In this document: piece by piece, positions 35,998 to 45,570 of the stretch
Numbering within the stretch: position 1 is the stretch's first letter
Layout: each line of letters opens with the position of its first letter
The notes under the pieces: generated by a model
What the model was told of the DNA's origin: nothing
Databases searched by the model: none
The model's input: only the letters and a program-made list of their open reading frames with translations
NCBI GenBank assembly: GCA_964539805.1
Contig: CAZIKN010000001.1
Span: 73,782 to 137,781 of the forward strand
From: an uncultured Saprospiraceae bacterium
Lineage (GTDB): Bacteria; Bacteroidota; Bacteroidia; Chitinophagales; Saprospiraceae
DNA length: 64,000 nt
Reading direction: 5' to 3'
Position numbers and translations under genes: made by a program

Positions 35998-37041
35998 ATG
36001 CAGCGATGTTTTGATCTGGCCCGCTTAGGTGGTGGTCAGGTCAGCCCCAACCCTTTGGTGGGAGCGCTGCTGGTGCACGAAAACAGGATCATCGGTGAAG
36101 CTTGGCATCAAAAATATGGTGGCCCACATGCAGAAGTCAACTGCATACGCTCCGTTCCTCCCGAGCTACAGCACCTTATTCCCAAATCCACACTATATTG
36201 TTCTTTGGAGCCGTGTTTTCATTATGGCAAGACACCGCCTTGCGTGGATCTGATCTTAGAAAAAAAAATACCACACGTTGTGATTGCCAACACTGATCCC
36301 AATCCTCTTACGGCTGGCAAGAGCATTGCCAAATTGCGTGCCGCAGGGGTAAGTGTCACAGAAGCAATCCTGGAAGAAGAAGGTGCTGTAATGAATCGGG
36401 CTTTTTTTACCTGGATTACCCAAAAACGGCCTTATGTCATTTTAAAATGGGCACAAAGCGCAGACGGTTTTTTGGCCATACACGGAGAGCGCACCGCCAT
36501 AAGTGGACCTTTGGTGCAACGATTGGTACACCGTTGGCGATCAGAAAGTGATGCCATCTTAGTAGGTACCAATACTGCAGTTGTTGACAATCCGCGCCTG
36601 GATACCCGTTATTATCCTGGTAAATTACCCCTGCGCATCAGCTTTGATCGGCACATGCGGATACCCTTGAGCCATCATATTTTGAATGATAGCACCCCAA
36701 CCTGGATTATAGGCCCGGCAAGGGAGGGCGGACATTGGCGACATACAAGTTTTTTCCCAGCCGACAGCATGGTGGAGACCTCTGCTTTATTGGAAAAATT
36801 ATATCAACACAATAAAGCCATTTTGTTTGTAGAAGGCGGCGCAATGCTGCTGCAACAATTCATTCACTCAGGGCTATGGGATGAAGCAAGGGTCATTCAA
36901 AGTGCTAAAGTAATAGGTGACGGCATAGCAGCACCCTTGTTGCTGGATGCCAGCCATGTCAGTGCGGAAAGGGTAAGGGAGGACCAAGTTAGAATATACA
37001 ACCGTGGATTACGGTCAAGTAAAAGGTCCGATTGTGGCTAA
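35998..37041 (+). CDS. ribD: bifunctional riboflavin biosynthesis protein RibD (deaminase + reductase)
   Basis: Deaminase motifs NPLVGALLV, HAEVNCI and EPCFHYGKTPPC, followed by the reductase domain (RPYVILKWAQSADG). Start set at MQRCFDLA (35998). Confidence 0.85.
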   Translation: MQRCFDLARLGGGQVSPNPLVGALLVHENRIIGEAWHQKYGGPHAEVNCIRSVPPELQHLIPKSTLYCSLEPCFHYGKTPPCVDLILEKKIPHVVIANTDPNPLTAGKSIAKLRAAGVSVTEAILEEEGAVMNRAFFTWITQKRPYVILKWAQSADGFLAIHGERTAISGPLVQRLVHRWRSESDAILVGTNTAVVDNPRLDTRYYPGKLPLRISFDRHMRIPLSHHILNDSTPTWIIGPAREGGHWRHTSFFPADSMVETSALLEKLYQHNKAILFVEGGAMLLQQFIHSGLWDEARVIQSAKVIGDGIAAPLLLDASHVSAERVREDQVRIYNRGLRSSKRSDCG

Positions 37042-37168
37042 TTTTATCAATTTTCATCGAAAAACATATAATCCAGCGAGCAGATTTGCGTTAGTTGGGC
37101 CAATTTTACAGATAAGTCACATCTTTGCGGCTTTATCCTCATATTGTCAAATATTTTTACTTATTTCC

Positions 37169-39730
37169 ATGAACAAAGTTGTTTTCCTGCCCATCCGTTT
37201 GCTTGTACTGCTGGCGGTTTGTGCGCTTTCCTTGCCCATAGCTGGCCAAACGAAAAAAGGCTTCAAGGCTCTTGACAAACAAAAATGGGACGAAGCCTTT
37301 GCAGCCTTTGCCCTTGACTCTGCCCATCAGGAACTTAAGCCGGTAGCCCTGTTCGGTATGGCCAAAACCTTGAGCGACCTTAACAATCCCAACAAAAACC
37401 TTCGCCGTGGTATGTACTACCAAACTGCAGCCAAAGTTGCCTGGAAATCACTAAAGCCCAGTCAGCGCAATGAGCTGACCAAAGACTGGGATGTGAAAGG
37501 GATAGATATTGACAAACTGCGCACTCAAACGGCCAATGCGGTGTGGAAAACTTTGAACAAGGATAAATCAACAATTAAGGAAGTGGATGAATACATTAAT
37601 GCATTCCCCTCTCTTAACCCTGATCGGGATCAAAAAGCCCGTGAAATGCAGGAATCCGTTTTGGAAAGGGCCATTTATGAGGCAAAAACCTATCAGGATT
37701 ATGCCTACTTGAGCCAGAACCATAGGAAAAGCATACCTGAAAAATTCCCTTCCGCTCTGGAAAACATTGATGACAAGGCAATCACTTTGTTTCTGGAAAG
37801 CAATGGAATAGATAAAATCGGCCAATTTTTTAAGGAGGTATCCAACCACCCCATTTCAAAAGATCGCCAACGCGAGCGTTTTGCCGATGTGTACAAGGCT
37901 ACAGAGCTGCGCCCTTTGGTGACTTTTATCAATGATGCGCCTCGGAGTGCATTTGCCACCATGGCACGCCAAAAAGCGCTTGATATCCTTAAGAAAAAGC
38001 CCCTTTCCGATGCAGATCGCGCCAAGTACCCGCAGGAGGAGCGCAATGTGCTGGTTGACCTTGAATTAGAGGCAAGCGGGGTAAGCATTAACACGCGCCG
38101 ACCTTTTAACGAAAGTGAATTAAATGATTGGAAAACATTTATAAAGCGCACGGCTCCCACATACCGCGGTTGGCAGGCATTTGAAAAGCTGTTTGAACAT
38201 TACATGAACAAACGGGACTGGAAAATGTCCTCTACACTTTTGCATGAACATGAATCACTTTTCCCAGACAAAAAGAAATGGTTTGGCACATTAATCCCTT
38301 TGGTAGATGCGCCGGATAGCGGTATAGCCCCCCAGGATGCAGGGCCCAATATCAACGCCGCCGGATCTGAATACGTACCCGTCCCGAGTGCGGATGGCAA
38401 ATATTTGTATTTCTGTGGTTCCAATAGAGCGGACAATGAAAATGGCGAAGACATTTTTGTCAGCACTTTTGAGAACGGACAGTGGAGCAAGCCAAGTCTT
38501 ATCAAAGAACTAAGCGGTTTTGGCAATCAGGCACCACTTTCTATCACGGCAGATGGCAACAGGATGATCATTTTTGATGATGGCAAACCGTTTTATTCGG
38601 ATAAAACAGCTACCGGGTGGGCTGAGGCTAAACCGTTGGAACTGAACACCTCTATGTTCGGCTGGGTGGGCTTGGTACAAATAGCGCCAAACAACCAGGT
38701 AATGATCCTTGAGGCTCGTGGCGACAATATGTCCGCAACTGACCTGTATATTTCCCTTCGCCAGCCTGATGGCTCTTGGAAGGATCCCATTCGTTTGGAT
38801 ACTACCATCAACACCAATCAAGAAGACCGCAGCGCCTATTTGCATCCTGATATGCGTACCCTTTACTTCAGCAGTGCCGGCCACAACGGCTTAGGCGGTA
38901 TGGATGTATTCAAAACCACCCGCTTGGACGATACGTGGCTGCGTTGGAGCAAGCCCGTGAACTTGGGCAAGGAGGTCAATACCATGAGCGATGACTGGGC
39001 CTACAAAGTAACAACTGATGGCATAACTGCCTGGTTTTCAAATAGAAAAACCAGTACCAACCAGGATATATTCACCATAACACTGCCCGAGAATATGCGC
39101 CCGCAATCCGTCCGTGTTGTGGAGTTGCAGGTGAAGGACAATCAAGGCGTGGCATTGGAGGCTGAGGTAGTGTTGGAAGACCCACTCACTGGGCAAAAAG
39201 TTGGCCTTTTCCGTACAGATCCTACCAACGGAAAAACATTTATCACGGTGCCAAATGATAAAAGCTACACCCTGCGCCTCCAAAAAGAAGGATATTACCC
39301 GAAAAGTATGCCTTTGCCCAAGCAAGAAAAAGCCTCGGCCAAGTTGGATATAGTATGGAAGCCGGTGAGCCTCCCTGAAATGCTGGAAAAAGGCAAAACA
39401 GAGGTATTGAACATCTTTTTTGACTATGACAAATCAACGCTTCGCCCCGAATCTATGCCAGAACTGCAAAAGGTAGCAGAATTGGCACAAAAGAACAATT
39501 ACCGCATCAATTTGTTGGGTTATTCGGACAATGCCGGTGGCCCTGCCTATAATACTGAACTTTCCCAGCGCCGCAGCAATGCCGCCCGACAGGCCCTTAT
39601 TGACCTGGGGGTATCAGCAGATAAAATTACGGCAAAGGGTTATGGCGAGGCCAATCCGGTAGCAGATAACAAAACAGAAGAAGGACGCCAGCTCAATCGG
39701 CGCGTAGAAGTTCAGTTTTTAAAGGGATAA
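37169..39730 (+). CDS. OmpA-family protein with PD40/TolB-like repeats
   Basis: Signal peptide MNKVVFLPIRLLVLLAVCALSLPIAGQ and PD40-type segments (SEYVPVPSADGKYLYFCG; SAYLHPDMRTLYFSS). The C-terminus is OmpA_C (NIFFDYDKSTL...LLGYSDNAGGPAYNTELSQRRSNAA...NRRVEVQF). Confidence 0.8.
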   Translation: MNKVVFLPIRLLVLLAVCALSLPIAGQTKKGFKALDKQKWDEAFAAFALDSAHQELKPVALFGMAKTLSDLNNPNKNLRRGMYYQTAAKVAWKSLKPSQRNELTKDWDVKGIDIDKLRTQTANAVWKTLNKDKSTIKEVDEYINAFPSLNPDRDQKAREMQESVLERAIYEAKTYQDYAYLSQNHRKSIPEKFPSALENIDDKAITLFLESNGIDKIGQFFKEVSNHPISKDRQRERFADVYKATELRPLVTFINDAPRSAFATMARQKALDILKKKPLSDADRAKYPQEERNVLVDLELEASGVSINTRRPFNESELNDWKTFIKRTAPTYRGWQAFEKLFEHYMNKRDWKMSSTLLHEHESLFPDKKKWFGTLIPLVDAPDSGIAPQDAGPNINAAGSEYVPVPSADGKYLYFCGSNRADNENGEDIFVSTFENGQWSKPSLIKELSGFGNQAPLSITADGNRMIIFDDGKPFYSDKTATGWAEAKPLELNTSMFGWVGLVQIAPNNQVMILEARGDNMSATDLYISLRQPDGSWKDPIRLDTTINTNQEDRSAYLHPDMRTLYFSSAGHNGLGGMDVFKTTRLDDTWLRWSKPVNLGKEVNTMSDDWAYKVTTDGITAWFSNRKTSTNQDIFTITLPENMRPQSVRVVELQVKDNQGVALEAEVVLEDPLTGQKVGLFRTDPTNGKTFITVPNDKSYTLRLQKEGYYPKSMPLPKQEKASAKLDIVWKPVSLPEMLEKGKTEVLNIFFDYDKSTLRPESMPELQKVAELAQKNNYRINLLGYSDNAGGPAYNTELSQRRSNAARQALIDLGVSADKITAKGYGEANPVADNKTEEGRQLNRRVEVQFLKG

Positions 39731-39766
39731 TTGCACAAAACATAACATTTCAACACAAAATATATT

Positions 39767-41062
39767 ATGAAAAAAATATTTATATTTTTGCTCCTTGCGC
39801 TTTCAGGGGCTTCCATAGTAGCGCAAAAGCAAGAGCCATATAGTTTTAAGGAGCACAAACGTTTGGCCGCAACACCTGTAAAAAATCAGCAAAACACAGG
39901 TACCTGCTGGAGTTTTTCCACTACCTCTTTTTTGGAAAGTGAGATCATTCGCTTAGGTAAAGGTGAGGTTGATTTGTCAGAAATGTTTACGGTTCGTCAT
40001 ATTTATCGGAATAAATGTGAGAACTATGTCCGTAGGCAGGGCAGTGCCCAGTTGAGCCAAGGCGGCTTGGCACATGACAATCTGAATATCGTTCGCCAAT
40101 ATGGCTTAATGCCTGAGAGCGCATACCCCGGGCGTAAAAGCGCCGACAAGCCATTTAACCATACCCAGTTGGAAAAAGACCTTAAAAAGGCATGTGATGA
40201 GCTGGTTCAATTGGGAAAGGAAGGTAAATTGCCTATGAACTGGTTGTCTGGTATTGACAGCCTTTTAGACATTGAGTTTGGCAAACTTCCACTTACTTTT
40301 GAGGTCAAAGGCACCCAGTTTTCACCCATCAGCTATCGGGATTACTTAGGCATCAATGCGGATGACTATGTCAATATTACCTCATTTACACATCATCCCT
40401 TTCATACCTGGTTTATTTTGGAAGTACCCGACAATTTTTCAAACGGACAATTTTACAATTTGCCCTTGGGTGAAATGATGCGCTGTTTGGAATATTCACT
40501 TGGCCAGGGTTATACGGTGGAGTGGGATGCCGATGTCAGCAATGCGGGCTTTTCAGCGCGCAACGGCCTTGCGTTGGTGCCTCAATTGGATGGCAAAAAA
40601 GAAGATGATATGGCTGCGGTGTTCAAATATTGGAGTCCTGAAAAAGAAGTCAATCAACAATATCGCCAACAGTTGTTTGACCAACAAATAACAATGGATG
40701 ATCATTTGATGCACATAACAGGTATGATGGATGAATCACACAGCGGCAATTTTTACGTGGTGAAAAATTCATGGGGCGAAGTGTCGGACAACAAAGGCTA
40801 CGTATATGTCTCAGAAGCCTATATGCGTTTGAATACCATCTCGTTTACCCTGCACAAAAATGCAATTCCTGCTGATCTGCGTGTCAAGATACTTAAACCA
40901 TCGCCAGATGCAACCATATCACCAGTACAAATGGATAATAAGGGGTCGGACCCGGCTAAAGTGATACAGCCCGGAAGTATTCGGGCCATTAAACCACGCG
41001 CTGCAAACCCCCGCACCATGCCGACGGATCGAGACGTGAAACCACAAGAAGAGAACAACTGA
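39767..41062 (+). CDS. pepC: C1-family cysteine peptidase (aminopeptidase C / bleomycin hydrolase-like)
   Basis: The active-site region VKNQQNTGTCWSFSTTSFLES is present, with a C-terminal HLMHITG..VKNSWG. A signal peptide is present. Confidence 0.75.
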   Translation: MKKIFIFLLLALSGASIVAQKQEPYSFKEHKRLAATPVKNQQNTGTCWSFSTTSFLESEIIRLGKGEVDLSEMFTVRHIYRNKCENYVRRQGSAQLSQGGLAHDNLNIVRQYGLMPESAYPGRKSADKPFNHTQLEKDLKKACDELVQLGKEGKLPMNWLSGIDSLLDIEFGKLPLTFEVKGTQFSPISYRDYLGINADDYVNITSFTHHPFHTWFILEVPDNFSNGQFYNLPLGEMMRCLEYSLGQGYTVEWDADVSNAGFSARNGLALVPQLDGKKEDDMAAVFKYWSPEKEVNQQYRQQLFDQQITMDDHLMHITGMMDESHSGNFYVVKNSWGEVSDNKGYVYVSEAYMRLNTISFTLHKNAIPADLRVKILKPSPDATISPVQMDNKGSDPAKVIQPGSIRAIKPRAANPRTMPTDRDVKPQEENN

Positions 41063-41068
41063 TCAAAT

Positions 41069-41794
41069 TTGGCCAAGATATTATTAATTGAAACAGCCAC
41101 AGAGGTTTGCTCAGCCGCTATTGCGCAAGAAGGGCAGATCATGGCCATGGCAGAAGTAACCAACAGCTCCAACCATGCGGCACTGCTTACGATGCAGATA
41201 CAAGATTGCTGTGTGCAAAGTGAAATTTCCCTGGCCGAGTTGGATGCAATTGCGGTCAGTAGTGGGCCTGGGTCCTATACATCATTACGTGTAGGCGCCT
41301 CCGTGGCAAAAGGCATTTGCTATGCCTTGGACAAGCCTTTGATCACTGTAGATACCCTATTGAGCATGGCCATGGCCTCAGGCCTTGAGCTGCCAAATTC
41401 CCCTGATACAAAGCAGGTATATATCCCCATGATTGATGCACGCCGTCAAGAAGTATGGCTGGCGGTATATGATACTGATTTTAAGGTTTTGATACCTGCA
41501 CAGCCCTTGATAATTGCCAACAATTTATTTGATAATGACCTTTTGCGCGCGTTTGGGCCGGACAACGGCGTAAGGCCGGTAAGGTCTGTATTGTCAGGGA
41601 ACGGTATGTTTAAGGCTGAAAATGCTATGGATATACAGAAAGCGGCATTTAGTAGCATAAAAAAATGTAGCGCTGAATTTTTAGCTGTATTAGCTGAGGC
41701 TGCTTTTCAGAGTGCTGATTATCAAGATATTGCTACTTGGACGCCGTTTTACATGAAAGCCCCGAATATTACAAAACCTGTTAATGTATTATAA
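41069..41794 (+). CDS. tsaB: tRNA N6-threonylcarbamoyladenosine biosynthesis protein TsaB
   Basis: ILLIETATEVCSAAIA, AIAVSSGPGSYTSLRVGASVAKG. TTG start 6 nt after the pepC stop. Confidence 0.8.
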   Translation: MAKILLIETATEVCSAAIAQEGQIMAMAEVTNSSNHAALLTMQIQDCCVQSEISLAELDAIAVSSGPGSYTSLRVGASVAKGICYALDKPLITVDTLLSMAMASGLELPNSPDTKQVYIPMIDARRQEVWLAVYDTDFKVLIPAQPLIIANNLFDNDLLRAFGPDNGVRPVRSVLSGNGMFKAENAMDIQKAAFSSIKKCSAEFLAVLAEAAFQSADYQDIATWTPFYMKAPNITKPVNVL

Positions 41795-41831
41795 AGATTG
41801 GAATTTTTTTGGACTGAATTTCAATAAGTTG

Positions 41832-41839
41832 TACATTTG
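41832..41839 (+). promoter_or_regulatory. candidate -7 promoter box (TACATTTG)
   Basis: TAnnTTTG match 137 nt upstream of the ATG at 41976. This would imply a long leader, so confidence is lower. Confidence 0.3.
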
Positions 41840-41975
41840 CCCCCGATATTTGTTTGCTATTTTTTTAATCGTTTACACTTTTCTTCCTGCCTTTTATATA
41901 TTGAAAAATTGGCATAATATCTGTAATGTTATTTGCTGGTTCAAAAACTGATTTTTTTAATTTCAAACATTTTAT

Positions 41976-42317
41976 ATGAGAAAGGCAAAACTAGAGAAGG
42001 TCGTATTGAAAAATGGTTCAGAAGATCTTCAATTGGATTACACTGAATTACGCAAAGCTGTACTGGTATTGCGTGCCGTAAACCACAAACTTAGACAAAC
42101 GATGATTGATTTATTAGATGAAAACCAGCGCATGACGGTAACTGATATTTACGTAAAAATGCGGCTGGAACAAAGTGTGGCAAGTCAACATCTCGCTATT
42201 TTGCGTCGTGCAGGCGTGGTTATTACGGAACGCAATGGTAAATTCATCTACTATTCGTTGAACAAAAGCCGTTTGGGCCAGATTTCACAAGTTGTAGAAG
42301 AATTGCTCGCGGCTTAA
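41976..42317 (+). CDS. ArsR/SmtB-family winged-helix transcriptional regulator
   Basis: 113 aa. AVNHKLRQTMIDLL....MTVTDIYVKMRLEQSVASQHLAILRRAGVV..ERNGKFIYYSL is the ArsR HTH pattern. Confidence 0.75.
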   Translation: MRKAKLEKVVLKNGSEDLQLDYTELRKAVLVLRAVNHKLRQTMIDLLDENQRMTVTDIYVKMRLEQSVASQHLAILRRAGVVITERNGKFIYYSLNKSRLGQISQVVEELLAA

Positions 42318-42360
42318 AGCCTGCTTGCTCAAACACCGAAAAGATATTGACCAATAAAAC

Positions 42361-42397
42361 AGAGCCATCCCGTTTTCCGGTGATGGCTCTTGTTTTT
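42361..42397 (+). terminator. rho-independent terminator
   Basis: AGAGCCATC, a 12-nt loop, GATGGCTCT, then TGTTTTT. Confidence 0.65.
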
Positions 42398-42432
42398 CAA
42401 CCGCTATTTCCATACATTATATAAAGCACTTT

Positions 42433-43044
42433 TTGATGCCCAAGATTTTAAATCTAAATCTCCTGATCTGTGTTTTTGCACTGCTGAACTGTACCGCAAA
42501 TACCAAAAATAATATGATTGCTCAACCTGTTAGCCGTATTACGGCCAATCAGATCATCCAAAAGGATGGCCAAGTTATAGCCTTGCCCGGTGCTGAGGAT
42601 AGCAGCTTGATTATTCTTTTTTGCGTGCGCCACTGCGAAAAGGAAAAAGATGGAACCAAAGACCCCAATCTGACAGCTGAGGGACAGGCCAGAGCAGCCC
42701 AATTGGGGAGAATATTGGCCGATGCTCAACTGACAAGAGTAAGTGCCACACCATATAAACGCACCCAACAAACGGCAATGGCCGTGCGGGAAGCAGCGGG
42801 CAACAAAATATCATTGGAAACCTATCCGCCTGACGCACAAGAGGTATTTGTATCATCCTTATTAGCAGGTGGCGGAGGAAAGCGATACCTTATTGTGGGG
42901 CATCAGAATACAATACCCGAGCTTTTGAACTACCTGCTGGGAGATGTCAGGTACTATAATCTGGGTGATTATGAATACGATAAACTGTTTATTGTAAGGA
43001 CTAAAGCTGTGGGTCAGACAGAAGTACTTCAGGCAAGCTATTAA
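42433..43044 (+). CDS. histidine phosphatase (phosphoglycerate mutase-like / SixA-like) family lipoprotein
   Basis: An RH catalytic motif (LFCVRHCEK) and a later GHQNTIPEL. The N-terminus has a lipoprotein-like signal (..ALLNC). Confidence 0.6.
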   Translation: MMPKILNLNLLICVFALLNCTANTKNNMIAQPVSRITANQIIQKDGQVIALPGAEDSSLIILFCVRHCEKEKDGTKDPNLTAEGQARAAQLGRILADAQLTRVSATPYKRTQQTAMAVREAAGNKISLETYPPDAQEVFVSSLLAGGGGKRYLIVGHQNTIPELLNYLLGDVRYYNLGDYEYDKLFIVRTKAVGQTEVLQASY

Positions 43045-44716
43045 CCCTTGTTTCGGGCATGCTTTCAAAAAAATTAAGCATAAGTGGTTGATTCACGCCA
43101 TTATAAGCAAACAGTATAACGGCATTTTGGGCTTCAATACGGTTCTCTGAATCAAAAATAGCCAGATCAAAAGTTAAGGGCAGGCCTATGAATCGGTAAA
43201 CCCTCGCATCCAAGCTTGTTTGGCTTATGTAGCCACTTTTGCTCACTTTGTCTATTTCCGGAACAACACTGGCTTTGGGTCTGGTTTTGTATGAAAGATG
43301 GTAGTCAATGGCCAATAATTGGTGCATTATGGGGTCGTCAGGGTAATAACTTTGAACGAAATCGGTCAAGCTGTCAAATACATTATTCAAGGAATACCGA
43401 TGAAAATCATGCCGCTTGCCCCAGTAATCCCCGAAATGTAGCAGGAAGTCAAATACTCCGTATGTTATGGATACATATTTGAGCATTCGAGGGCATCTTT
43501 TTTTGTTCCAAAGTATCTCGAGCGCGTGCTCTACCTCTTCTATCTTACGCAGTTCTTCACGACTAAGATATTGGCTTTTAATGATTTGATAAGGCGGGTT
43601 GCTGTCAAATACATAACCGTGCTGCGCATGTTTACTTCGCATAGGGGTGCCTTTAAGAAACTTTAGGAAACCCAACTGAAGCTCTGGCGGGTGCAAGGCA
43701 AACACCGTTTCAAAACTATATTTTACATCATCCCAATATTCTAAAGGCAAACCGACGATCAGATCCAAGTGCATTTCGATCTTGTGCCTAAGTGTTTCTA
43801 CCACAGCCTGTATTTTATGAAAGTGCTGTTTGCGGCTAACCGCCAGGTTAACTTCCCGACTTACTGACTGGATACCGATTTCAAAGCGGAACAATCCGGC
43901 AGGTACATGGTCCTCAATGTATCGTATAAGATCAGGGTGCAAAATATCTGCGGTTATTTCAAACTGGAATACGTTGCCGGGCTTGTGGTGCGATAGAATG
44001 TATTGAAAAATATCCAATGAAAAATCGCGCTTGACATTAAAGGTGCGATCCAAAAACTTGATCACCCGACCATGTTGCATCACGAACAACAATTGTTTTT
44101 TGATGGTGTCATTGGGCAGGTAGCGCACTTTGTTGTCAAGGCTGGCCAAACAAAACTCACATTTGTACGGACAACCTCTTGAGGTCTCAATGTAAACAAC
44201 CTTATGGGCCAAATCTTCAGCTGGCTCGTAGGCATAAGGGTTGATATCTTGGTATTCTTTCAGGTCAAATGTTACATTTTGTGGATTGTACAATACCTCA
44301 CCATGCTCTTTGTGCACGAGATTGGGCACTTCGCCGAGGTAGGGATATGACAACAAAAAACGTTGAAAAGGAATTTCACCTTCTCCTGTAATGATGTAAT
44401 CAACCTGATCTGTTGTGATAATTTCTTGCCAATCATAACTTACTTCGGGGCCGCCGAGTAGTATTTTGGTCGCCGGGTTTTTGGCTTTTATCCGTGCTGC
44501 CACATCAAGCGTTTGGGTAATGTTCCAGATGTAACAACTAAAGGCAACGATGTCATATTGAGCGCAATAATGTGCTGTTTCATCTTTGTCCTGCTTTATG
44601 GTAAACTCTTTCCATTCCAGACCAGGATGCGCCTGATGGTTTTGGGCATACAACAGTCGTATGGCCAAATTGGTGTGGATATACTTGGCATTGAGGGTGG
44701 TGAGTAGGACTTTCAT
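43001..44716 (-). CDS. B12-binding-domain radical SAM protein (DUF4080-type C-terminus)
   Basis: N-terminal MKVLLTTLNAKYIHTNLAIRLL (B12-binding-like domain) and the radical SAM cluster motif SRGCPYKCEFC. Its 3' end overlaps the convergent 42433-43044 gene by 44 nt. Confidence 0.75.
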   Translation of the reverse strand: MKVLLTTLNAKYIHTNLAIRLLYAQNHQAHPGLEWKEFTIKQDKDETAHYCAQYDIVAFSCYIWNITQTLDVAARIKAKNPATKILLGGPEVSYDWQEIITTDQVDYIITGEGEIPFQRFLLSYPYLGEVPNLVHKEHGEVLYNPQNVTFDLKEYQDINPYAYEPAEDLAHKVVYIETSRGCPYKCEFCLASLDNKVRYLPNDTIKKQLLFVMQHGRVIKFLDRTFNVKRDFSLDIFQYILSHHKPGNVFQFEITADILHPDLIRYIEDHVPAGLFRFEIGIQSVSREVNLAVSRKQHFHKIQAVVETLRHKIEMHLDLIVGLPLEYWDDVKYSFETVFALHPPELQLGFLKFLKGTPMRSKHAQHGYVFDSNPPYQIIKSQYLSREELRKIEEVEHALEILWNKKRCPRMLKYVSITYGVFDFLLHFGDYWGKRHDFHRYSLNNVFDSLTDFVQSYYPDDPIMHQLLAIDYHLSYKTRPKASVVPEIDKVSKSGYISQTSLDARVYRFIGLPLTFDLAIFDSENRIEAQNAVILFAYNGVNQPLMLNFFESMPETRVNSLPEVLLSDPQL

Positions 44717-44813
44717 GCTCGGTCAGATTCCCCTAAACCGTTGTTTGCGAGGGTAGTGTTTTGGGTGAAATCAGGCACAAATATAGTTCATTTCCTTGGC
44801 AGCCCATCCTTCT

Positions 44814-45437
44814 TTACCGAAAGAGCTGGAATATCACCCTTGGAATGGCCAAACCAAACTCCAAAATCACGGCAAGAACAGGTAAGGCCAGATATGCCCA
44901 GACAGGATACCCAAACTTTGTACTTACTCCTTCCCATGCTGCCTTCCAGATCAGCAACAAGCGATCTTTGTAGTGCCACAGAATGAAAAAATCTAATAAT
45001 ATATAAAAAGAAAGGCGCCAGGTAAATCCTTCTTTCAGATGAGGGGGCATAAAACTCAGATCAATGACAAGTATGGTGCTGACAATGGGCAGGAAGATAA
45101 ACGCGCCAAGTATTGCCGTTTGGTGAAAGATTAGCATCAGGCCACAAATGATCTGTGATACCCCGATGAAAGACTTAAAAGGCTCATGGTCAAACAAATA
45201 CCATGATAAACGGAATAAATCCACCTGATTCAACGGTGTTATCAACTCCGATTCTGTTATGCCAAATTGGCCTTCTGTCAGTTTGGCATAACCATAGCTA
45301 AGGAATGTCCATCCCAATAAAAATCGGGCAACTAAGACAAAATAATCTTGGATTTTTGCATGCATCATGTTGCATAAGTGGATTTTTGACATTGTATTTC
45401 CATTCATATTAGACCAAAATGGTTTTTCAAACGACAT
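44814..45437 (-). CDS. integral membrane protein, DoxX-like
   Basis: Four or five hydrophobic helices. VLVARFLLGWTFLSYGYAKL resembles the DoxX family N-terminus. The start codon is ambiguous, with several in-frame ATGs. Confidence 0.4.
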   Translation of the reverse strand: MSFEKPFWSNMNGNTMSKIHLCNMMHAKIQDYFVLVARFLLGWTFLSYGYAKLTEGQFGITESELITPLNQVDLFRLSWYLFDHEPFKSFIGVSQIICGLMLIFHQTAILGAFIFLPIVSTILVIDLSFMPPHLKEGFTWRLSFYILLDFFILWHYKDRLLLIWKAAWEGVSTKFGYPVWAYLALPVLAVILEFGLAIPRVIFQLFR

Positions 45438-45470
45438 AAGAGCATATCTGTGATAAAACCTGCCTCCTCA

Positions 45471-45506
45471 GCGGGCCTGTCCGACCATAAAGGGCGGGCC
45501 TGTCCG
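45471..45506. promoter_or_regulatory. 13-bp direct repeat GCGGGCCTGTCCG x2 (candidate operator)
   Basis: Copies at 45471-45483 and 45494-45506, 23 bp start to start. They lie in the divergent spacer between the DoxX-like gene and the CRTAC1-like gene. Confidence 0.35.
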
Positions 45507-45570
45507 CCCATACAAGATTGCTTTTTTATGGTTTGAAGCCGATTTTCATCTAACTTTCCGCCCAAAAAAG

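Noticed and set aside
37004-37168. Upstream extension of the OmpA/PD40 ORF overlapping the ribD 3' end
   Set aside because: A clean signal peptide starts at the internal ATG 37169. The extension has no signal-peptide or domain character.
43001-43044. 44-nt convergent overlap of the radical SAM and histidine phosphatase genes as a regulatory feature
   Set aside because: Convergent 3' overlaps of this size are common. Alternative earlier stops or starts cannot be excluded without homologue alignments.
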